Below are positions 55,086-64,000 of a stretch of 64,000 nucleotides of DNA, in pieces. The translations under genes and the position numbers were made by a program. A model generated the notes under the pieces. It ran no database searches. It was not told where the DNA came from and saw nothing but the letters and a program-made list of their open reading frames with translations. How positions within the stretch are numbered: position 1 is the first letter of the stretch; every line of letters starts with the position of its first letter. The DNA is taken from positions 5,410,259-5,474,258 of the forward strand of contig CAVNZM010000002.1 in the NCBI GenBank assembly GCA_963693365.1, in the 5' to 3' direction. Origin of the DNA: Amoebidium appalachense. Its lineage: Eukaryota; Protista; Ichthyosporea.

Positions 55086-55359
55086 TGTAGGGGGCCGACA
55101 GACGGCAGGAGGCTCGGCTTAGCTCGGTAGGGCGGCGTGGCGCCCGGGTAGCAGTTGTGGAGCGTAATTAGCAGTGGTGGGTAAATCTAAATAGATAGCT
55201 ATTTGCGTAGGGGTGAGCTGCACCCACGGCCTGAGGGCAACTGGGCTGCGGCCCTTTCTAGTTAGGTTCTACGAGCGCGCGTAGTGTTGTAGATAAACTG
55301 TTTGCGAGCGCGCGTAGTGCTGCAGACAGGTGTAGTGTCTCAATTTCTTCGAAGGCAGG

Positions 55360-57277
55360 ATGGGAGATGCAAGTGATGCATCCCAACTGCCATTGTATCA
55401 GAGAGTTCGTGCCTGTGTAGATGAGTGGGAGCGTGGGGGTGCGTCTAAAGAAGTTTTGTTCTGGATTAAGTACGGCATCACACCAGAATGGAAGAGTGCG
55501 TGTCCTGCCCCTTTTGATGCAGGTGGCTATCTGGATATCGGCGAAGTTTCAGACTGCAGAAGCGGCAGTGGAAGTTGAACGGTTAGTGAGTAAGGGGGCC
55601 CTCGAGACAGTGCCCGAAAGCGCAAAATGGTGTGTTTCGAAGTCTTTTGGGTTGCGGAAGCCCAACGGAAACGTCCGGCTCATTATTGATATGCGTCCTG
55701 TGAATGAATACGCCGTCGCACGTGGTATCAAGTACGAAACCCTCAGCGATTTGCGGGCGCTCGCGCATCCGGGTGACCACGCTTTCAGTTTCGACCTCGA
55801 AGACGGATATTTTGCACTAGCCATTCAACCCCGGTTCCGCAAGTATTTCCAAATTCGTGTGGGGGGACAACTCTTCCAGTACACGGTGCTTCCCTTCGGT
55901 TACTCCCTCAGTCCCTACTTTTTCATGCGCGAGTTCGCGCGTCGGTTACGTGCACGCGGCATCCGTTCGTTGGTTTTCCTCGATGACTGGGCCATCTTCG
56001 AACAGGCGGCACGGGCACTCGACACACGCGGGGTGGTGGAGCAGGAATTGAAAGTCACCGGCCTTACGAAGCATCCGAATAAGGCTCATTGGGACCCAGT
56101 GAATGCCCTCGACCATTTAGGCATCCACATAAATTTGGAGGAAGGGTATTTGTCTCCCACATTGGCGTCTTTGGAAAAATTATCGGGGGAAACACGTTCT
56201 TTAATGGCTAAGGCGCGCAAAGGACGGCGGTGGGTGGAAAAGAAGCAGGTGGCTAGATGGCTAGGGTTGGTTGTTAGTTTGCGTGCGGCGGTGCCTCATG
56301 TACTCACGGTTGTCCGGCCGGTGTATGGTGCTCTACGCGGCGGGAACTGGCGTAGCTTTGTGCGGTTAACGGGTCGGCAGCTACGCATTATCGGTAAAAC
56401 CATGGGTATAATAGGTCGGCTTCCCCGCACGGAAATCTGGCCTGAGCCTATCACGGCCACTCTCATCACAGATGCTGCCACCTCACATGGGTGGGGGGCA
56501 GTACTACAGTTGGGCCTACCAACCCCGCAGGTTGTGGAGGCTTTCGGTCGTTGGGCGGAGAGCGATGCACCGCGGGCGGCTGCAGTGGCGGAGTGCGAGG
56601 GCCTACTCGAGGCCTACCGCAGGCCCGAAATGCAGGCCCTAATCCAACGTCAGCGCGTACGCTGGCAGTCAGACGCCCAGGCCGTGTTGGGCGTGGTGCG
56701 CAAAAAGGGCAGCAGCAGCCCCGCCATGCAGCGAGTGCTATGGCAACTGCTGCAGTTGTGTTTGGAAAAGGGGCTCCCCTGGCCCCAAGAGCTGTCATAC
56801 ATTCCGGGCGAAGTGAACGACCGTGCGGATTGGTTGTCGCGGATTGATCCCCGCCACGAGTGGTCGGTTACCCCTGCGGGGGTCGAGCGTATCGAGCAGA
56901 CACTCGGATTGCACACGGCGGTCGATCGGTTTGCTACACCCGTGACAGCAGTCAAACCCACGTTTCACACATGGACCGCGGTGGTCCCCGTGAGCGGTGG
57001 GCAGGACGGGCTTGCCGCCGCATGGCAGGCCCCCAGCTGGTGGGCACCACCGTTTCCGTTGATCAAGCGGACAGTGGCGAAGATTCAGCGGGAATGTGCG
57101 CAGGGAATATCAGTGGTCCCGGTGTGGGACACCGCCTTATGGTGGCCGGTGGTGCAAGGGATGGCACAGGCCCACACGGACCTAGCCCCCGAAGAAGTGG
57201 TGTTTCCGGTCGGTGTCTGTCGGTCTTGGCGAATGCGTGCCTTCCTATTGGACGGCAGCACCCGCCCCCCTTCATGA
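55360..57277 (+). CDS. DIRS-type reverse transcriptase + RNase H + degenerate N6-adenine (Dam-like) methylase domain; +1 frameshift near 55545
   Basis: The DIRS RT N-terminus (EWERGGASKEVLFWIKYGITPEW) is in frame 55360 and the rest is in frame 55421. RT motifs: RLIIDMRPVN, FDLEDGYF, LPFGYSLSP, FLDD, HLG. RNase H: TDAA..GWGA, E, SD, IPGEVNDRADWLSR. Methylase-like: EW..VDRFAT..DGL..W..WWAPPF..VVPVW..WWP. Confidence 0.9.
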
Positions 57278-57376
57278 TTGGATGAAAATCACTCGCCGCG
57301 CCACTCCTAAAATCCAGCTTTGTGTATTATTTCTGTAAAATAAGAATGTGGTCGCAGATAGCAACAACATATCTAA

Positions 57377-57543
57377 ATACTTCGCTTGATTCATCAAGCT
57401 CTATTTAGAGATGTATTTAGGCCAACTGATTGGTTGGAATAGGGTTCCAACAATCAGTGGCCACTAGGGAGCCGACTATGGTATATAGGCGGCGACTCGT
57501 TCTACTCGTCTTAGCTTTGTTTCCCCGTCGGCCCCTACTTAGC
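57377..57543 (+). repeat. Direct repeat A2
   Basis: Matches 54919-55085. Confidence 0.95.
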
Positions 57544-57658
57544 CCCACCCACCCGCCCGAGCTGTGTTGCATTTCCCCGTCTTTAGCTAGTCTCTTGCTG
57601 ATTGGCTACGGCACACACACACACACACAGACACACACCCACACATGCACACATACAT

Positions 57659-57726
<68 letters not shown>

Positions 57727-58570
57727 ACACACACGTACACAAACACACGCCCACGCATTGAGGGTAGTGGAGGGGGAGGATAGGGTAGAGGGGTTTTCTT
57801 CGTGCGGTGTGTATATTTGGATTTTGTTCGTAGAGAGGCAGTGCATGCCATGGTATGTGTACGTTTCTGATGATCGTGCCCAGTGGGCACTTGGCTGAGC
57901 CGAGCCAATAAGCAAATCGAAAGTAACAACATATCTAAATATTACACATACGAGCAGGAGACACCAGAAACCAGTTACACCGCCAAGCCATAATCATCTT
58001 TGCGTTTTTACACCACACCACCTTACGAATAAACGAATCTATGTATGAACGAGACTCTCTAACCGTATCCGCCATATAGGCTACTAGTAGTTGGTGTTTT
58101 TGCGGTCCTAACACCGGAAGGGACTCAACACGTAGAGTAAATAATCAATCGATTCGTAGTTCATGCTTAGCCAAGAGCTGTTTCCAGTTTCCAAATTTCA
58201 GCAAAACTCACATTGAAACAATCAGTTCCTTTGTACAAACATCTCCGACAAATTGCCTGTTTCAACGGTTCGGCAATGTGCTCCTAATGGCCCTGATTTT
58301 TTACGCATACTATTTGCCATTTTAGACACTTAAATTATCACTTACTGATTTTTTTTTGCTTCTAAATGTGAATTGCAATTAATAATGTAAAAACCATGCA
58401 CCATAACTTGCAGGAGGTCTAGGGGGGTTCAGCGATGTCTCAGCAGTCCCATAGATCACTGAAACACCAATATTCACGTAGTAATCTATGTAATTAAATA
58501 TCTACCAGGGGGTTTACGCTGTTTACTCGAGGCAAAGAGAACCAGTCTCAGGTATGGGGGTTAAGGCCCG

Positions 58571-58776
58571 ATTGAGGATGATCCGATCGAGGATTTCCGA
58601 TGGCTCTGACGCGGCTATTGAAATTCTCGAACATATAAGTGGTCGAGCATGTGACGTCATTTGCTTAAAAAATGTTAGAATGACGTCATGCCCTCGATCG
58701 CTTGATCGACTCGATAATTTCAAGAGCCCAGCCGCAACGGGGCCATCCAAAATCCTCGATCAGATCATCCTCGAAT
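58571..58776. mobile_element. ~205 bp imperfect fold-back palindrome (MITE-like)
   Basis: attgaggatgatccgatcgaggatttccgatggctc (58571-58606) is the near reverse complement of 58740-58776. Inner arms ttgaaatt.tcga / tcga.aatttcaa and tgacgtcat / atgacgtca also pair. Confidence 0.7.
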
Positions 58777-59531
58777 TTGTCTAAAATGGTAGATACGGAA
58801 GTTGGTTTAATAATCATAATGGAGAATGTAGGCCTTACTTGTGCCATACCAGTGACCAGTGGGGCTGTGCTTATACTTTTACATTGGGTTGGTTTATTAT
58901 AGCGTACTAGAGTACATATATTCGAAAAGATAACATGCATACACATGGATCGAAATGACGGAATACACTATAACGTGAATAAAAAGCTCAGGCTGGATTA
59001 TAATAAGTATAACAAATGTAAAGTAAAATTGAATGGTGGGGAAATCAACGGTTCTGGGGGGCCAAGAGTAGTTAGACCCCACTTCACGTTGACTGGCGCT
59101 CGCTGCGAGGGCGCCCCGACCAACTTGTAATCTTAAACAATGAATGTGTGTATTCTGCCGGTAAATTTTTCTAGTAGTATCGGCATGGCAACATCCACGG
59201 CAACTTCGCGGAAATCCAATGAGAAAATCCTTGAAAATAATGCGACCGCCGCGATTGGTACACTATAACAAGCCCCCCTCGGACATAGACACCTACACAT
59301 ATATAGACCCGGAAAAGCGGTGAAGGGGTACACTTTCCACCTACCCCCACAAACACAGCACCACACACCGGTACAAACACCCCTCGTGTGTGACTTCTGT
59401 AGCCTAATTCGCCGACGACACAACATGGTTTGGCCCGAACAAGGAGAGCACCCAGCAAACTCTCGACATATCTGCCCCCTTTTTCTACTACCATGACTTG
59501 GAACCACACCCAGACAAGTTTTCAGTCCTCT

Positions 59532-59580
<49 letters not shown>

Positions 59581-59703
59581 ACCAGGGGGGACGTCGATAT
59601 TTACTACTCCCCCCCCCCCCCCCCATTTCAACAAAAATCCCTTACCGAGGTAGGGGAAGGTCTTGACTGTGTGGAATACATGTAAGTTTGGAGGGTTCTT
59701 GTT

Positions 59704-59851
<148 letters not shown>

Positions 59852-59891
59852 ACTCTCTCTCCCCCCCCCCCCCCCCCCCCTTCTCTATCTA

Positions 59892-59935
<44 letters not shown>

Positions 59936-60921
59936 TGTTGCAAAGTAGTGAACTAGCTGGTGTCGAACAAAAGTTGCTACCACGGTGTAATATTATATCA
60001 GTAATAACGTCACTGAAGATTTTAGTTTTCGAATTAATTCTGGTTTTTTTTTTTTTTTTTTTTTGCTTTCTTTTTTTCCTTTTGTTTTCTTTCTTTTTTT
60101 TCTTTTTCCTTTCTTCCCCCTCCCTCCCCCCCCCCCCCCCCCCCCCCCTTTTTTTTTTTTGGTGGTGGGGGGGGGAGGGGGGGGGGGGGGGGGGGAGAAG
60201 AGTGGGGTCTCATAGGGAGTTTTTGCACTATGGAATTCTTTGCACTGGGGATTCTCTGGCAACTGATTTGTCATAAGCCAACCCACCACCGTGTGACTGA
60301 TAGATGGGGGTGCGGGTGCCCGAGATAAGCCTTAGGCATCACTGAGTCACAGTGGGGCCACGATATTATAAGTTAAAGAGTTTCAAGTCTTTCTTCTTTC
60401 TTTTTTTTCTCTTTCTCTTTCTTTTTTTCTTTTGGAGAGGGGGAGAGGGGGGGGGGGGGGGGGAGGGGGGAGGGGGCCCGGAGGGGGGGGGGGGGGGGGG
60501 AGGGGGGGGGGTGTTGGATGGTTTTTTCATTCTTTTCTTCTTCTTCTTTTCCTTCTTTTTCTTCTCTTTTTTTATTATTTATTTTATTTTATTTATTTAT
60601 TTATTTATTTTTTTTTTTTTGGGGGGGGGGGGGGGGAGGAGAGGGGGTGGTGGAGGAGGTGGTGGTGGTGGTGGTGGGAGGGGGGGGAGGGGTGATGTTT
60701 TCGTTCATTCTTTTCTCCCACTTCCACTTCTTCTTCTTCTTTCTTTTTAGGGGGGGGGGGGGGGGGGGGATCTCTAGAGGGGAAGGGGGAAGGGGGAGGG
60801 GGGGAGGAGGGGGTGGGAGGGGGGGAGAGGGGGAGAAGGGAGGGGGGGGGGGGGGGGGGGGGGATGGATGGTTTTTCGTTCATTCTTTTCTTCCACTTAC
60901 TCTTCTTCTTCTTCTTCTCAA

Positions 60922-60994
<73 letters not shown>

Positions 60995-61006
60995 AATACG
61001 CCACAC

Positions 61007-61383
61007 CCAAACATGAGGTGGTAGGTTTTTGGAACCCAGATGAGGTGTAGAGGTTTGTGGAGGGGCCGTAGGCACATTGGCACTCGGCAGAGGTCAGGGC
61101 CCCGGTGGTCTCGGTGCAGGCGGTGTCGTAGTCGCAGTTGATCAATGCACTGGTGATGGATGGGCACTGTGCTGGATTTTGATTTTGTGCACATTAGATA
61201 TTTTTTTTTTGGCCGGGGGGTTTTTAGGGAATTATTTGGCTACTATATAGTGTGTTGAATTTTTCCAAGGTAATACAGGTGACCTTGAATATCAAGTTTA
61301 ACAAGCATCTGACAGGAAGAGTCGTCGTTGGCGGGGGGCCCGTTGGGAAGGCGTGGGTGGGGAGGGGGAGAGGGGGGGGGGGG

Positions 61384-61428
<45 letters not shown>

Positions 61429-61520
61429 AGGGAGGGAGAGAGAGAGAGAGGGAGAAAGTTCTGAGGGAGGGAGAGGGAGAGAGGGAGCGAGGGGGGGGGG
61501 GGGAGGGGGGAGAGAGAGGT

Positions 61521-61551
<31 letters not shown>

Positions 61552-62165
61552 GGGGGAGGAGGGGGGAGGCGGGGGGCTTCGATGTTCAGAAGTATTAGCC
61601 TAGCAATATGCATTCTGAGTCCCATGGCATTCAATCAGCCGTGTCATGTGCTTGTGTGCGTCACGGTGTGTGTGTGTCTGTGCATCTATGTGACTGTCTG
61701 CCACGTGTGTGTGTGTGTGTGCGTGTGTGTGCACGTGTGTGTGTGTATGTGTGTGTGTGTGTATGATTGTGTGGGTGGGTGTGTTCGCGCGCATGCGTGT
61801 GACTGTGTGTGTTTGTTTTTTACCTACGGTGCCACTCTACTGAGTGAAACATGCCTTTTGGCACATTAATCATTAACAGTTTAGCTTACTGAGACTTATA
61901 ATTTGTACTAATCAGAGAGGGTTTGCCTTCGCACCAACCGATGAAAATTCAATGCCACACTCCGACCCACTGTGACATCTTTTTGGCCTCGCCCAAACCC
62001 CTTTCCTCCTCCTTCAATGCCCGCTGTAATTTCAACACTTTGACGGTGTGCAGCGGCGTTCGCACCATAAGAAAAAAAGAAGAAGAAAGTCGCAAGTGTG
62101 AATAGACACAAGGGACACATTCTCACACGCTCTATCACACGGCCACAGGACATGGTGGTCTCCAT
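61007..62165 (-). CDS. Putative secreted Cys-rich protein, partial model; probably continues toward ~59.4 kb
   Basis: Exon 61166-61007 follows CTAAT...CAG and reads CPSITSALINCDYDTACTETTGALTSAECQCAYGPSTNLYTSSGFQKPTTSCL with strong C-ending codon bias. Candidate first exon 62165-61971 has a signal-peptide-like stretch (MCPLCLFTLATFFFFFSYGANA) and a GTGGGT donor. Local G-runs on the + strand fit a minus-strand gene. Intermediate exons are uncertain. Confidence 0.45.
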
Positions 62166-63073
62166 GGTGGACACTCAGCGGCGATCATATGCCAATAAAT
62201 TCAAGGTACATTCGTGAGGGTCACTTGAAGTTAATACAACCACACGTACCGTAGGCTGCAGGCACGAAGATTTTCAACTACAACAGGGTCCAGACGGTCA
62301 GGATGTAACTGCGACGTTTCGTTCCTTTTTTTTGCGCTTCTGATCATGAATGAAACTCCAAACATTAATCAATTGCACGTATTCAAGTTGAGTGAAGGTT
62401 TACGGTTCAAGCCTCATGCAGCCATCACGACACGGTAAAGTAACGCCATTAGGCAGATCATAAACAGTAAATATATACTGAGTTCGTGACGGTGGGCAGC
62501 CAGGATGCTGGGTGACAAGAAAGTCAGCTGCCTAACAAGGAGGCTCCTCGAGCCATGAAACGAAAACGTGCAACACACCGGGCCGACAACATGTGTTGGT
62601 TTCAGGAGTCACAGTGACAATTGTGAGTGTGATGACCATTGGCAACAGACTACCAGTGGCCGTGAAACTACAATAGTAATTAGGCCTCCAGAGAATGCCG
62701 TGTGTTTAGCCTCACACAACCGACCTGTCAACTATTATATACATAGCAGGCTGTTGCCGAACGGTCTGTTAGGAATGTCCACACCACCGTTGGCGAACAC
62801 ACACACATATACAACGTCACACACACACGTGCACACCGTCACACACGTACACACATGTTACATAATCTGTCTTGAGTTGATAGTTTTCTTTCTTCGAAGC
62901 CATTCGTATCATTGCAGTGCCAACAATCATGAGTGATCAGTAATGTACGTACATGAGCTCTGGCTAGTCCTGTGCATGTACAGTACGCGGAAAGGGAATG
63001 CAAGCAAGGCCCGCATCAGTGCATCATTCACAAAACAAGGGCCGCCATATTGCAAGATCCCCCCTACCCCCCC

Positions 63074-63105
<32 letters not shown>

Positions 63106-63225
63106 AAACAAACAAAAAAAAAAAACAACCAACAACAAAATTTATTTATCAGAGAACAATTAGGTAGGAATTTGGAACTCCTCTCAACAGAAGAGCCACC
63201 GCCAGAGCAACCACCCCGTCTCCCC

Positions 63226-63306
<81 letters not shown>

Positions 63307-63734
63307 TGCTCCCTAACCTCTGACCGAGCGCCGGTTAAAAAACCAAATCATACAGAAGAACAACGGAAAATCACACTAGCTAGCTATCATCATTATGACA
63401 TCATTCGCACGAAAATTTTCAGCATTATCAGAGTGGGTTTTCCGCGCCGCTACCTGAGTCATACGAGTCAACCATTATCAAAATGTTGATACTTGATGCA
63501 CCTCAGTTCATACCTCCACCATGGATTTCGAAGGGTCCAGACCGCGGGCGGCACGGTCTTTGGCCAATTGCTGGTGAGAACAAAAAATTAATATTAATAT
63601 TAGCCAGGCTCGCATTTTTAATATATTTTGGGGGGCCGAGGGCCGAAAAAAAAGCCTTTGATCGTGGAGGCCGGGTGGAAGAGTGGTGTCGGTGGTGATG
63701 GTGGTGGTGGTGGTGGTGTGTATATCCACACATA

Positions 63735-64000
<266 letters not shown>

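Larger units (their letters stand above)
54919..57941 (+). mobile_element. PAT/DIRS-order retroelement with split direct repeats (A1-pol-B1-A2...B2), lacking gag and tyrosine recombinase
   Basis: A1 54919-55085 equals A2 57377-57543 (167 bp, 2 mismatches). B1 57363-57379 equals B2 57925-57941 (aacaacatatctaaata). ATA is shared by the left end, the right end and the internal B1-A2 junction. DIRS-type pol lies inside. Confidence 0.85.

Noticed and set aside
54919-57543. LTR retrotransposon reading of the 167-bp direct repeats
   Set aside because: No TG...CA ends, primer-binding site, protease or integrase. The RT/RH/MT domains are DIRS-type and the element extends past A2 to B2.
57862-57930. 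Hammerhead core CUGAUGA...GAAA near the element's right end
   Set aside because: No 10.1-11.1 pair, and no stem I or III with a UH cleavage site.

Overview
Intron-rich eukaryotic DNA, probably from an opisthokont protist (inference only), saturated with poly(C)/poly(G) runs and (CA)n/(TG)n microsatellites. These repeats generate most of the ORF track as noise. Three spliced genes were reconstructed by hand: a citrate-lyase-beta/malyl-CoA-lyase-family gene (minus strand, runs off the left edge), a MARK/Par-1-type kinase with UBA and KA1 domains (3140-12925), and a ~32 kb CHD6-9/Kismet-type chromatin remodeller (17474-49401). A weakly supported Cys-rich gene lies on the minus strand near 61-62 kb. 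Three observations stand out. (1) An unnamed ~150-400 bp dispersed repeat family (about 10 copies, two subfamilies) is variably 5'-truncated, ends in CATTCAAA followed by poly(C), and sits inside poly(C) tracts. Its two long copies share a covarying, multiply pseudoknotted RNA fold. (2) A 3.0 kb PAT/DIRS-type retroelement has intact split direct repeats and a shared ATA crossover, but encodes only RT, RNase H and a methylase-like domain, with no gag and no tyrosine recombinase. (3) Several introns place their best branch-point match 70-260 nt from the 3' AG, across AG-free (CA)n, poly(C) or poly(A) spacers. Homopolymer lengths may be unreliable, and all structures were folded by eye.
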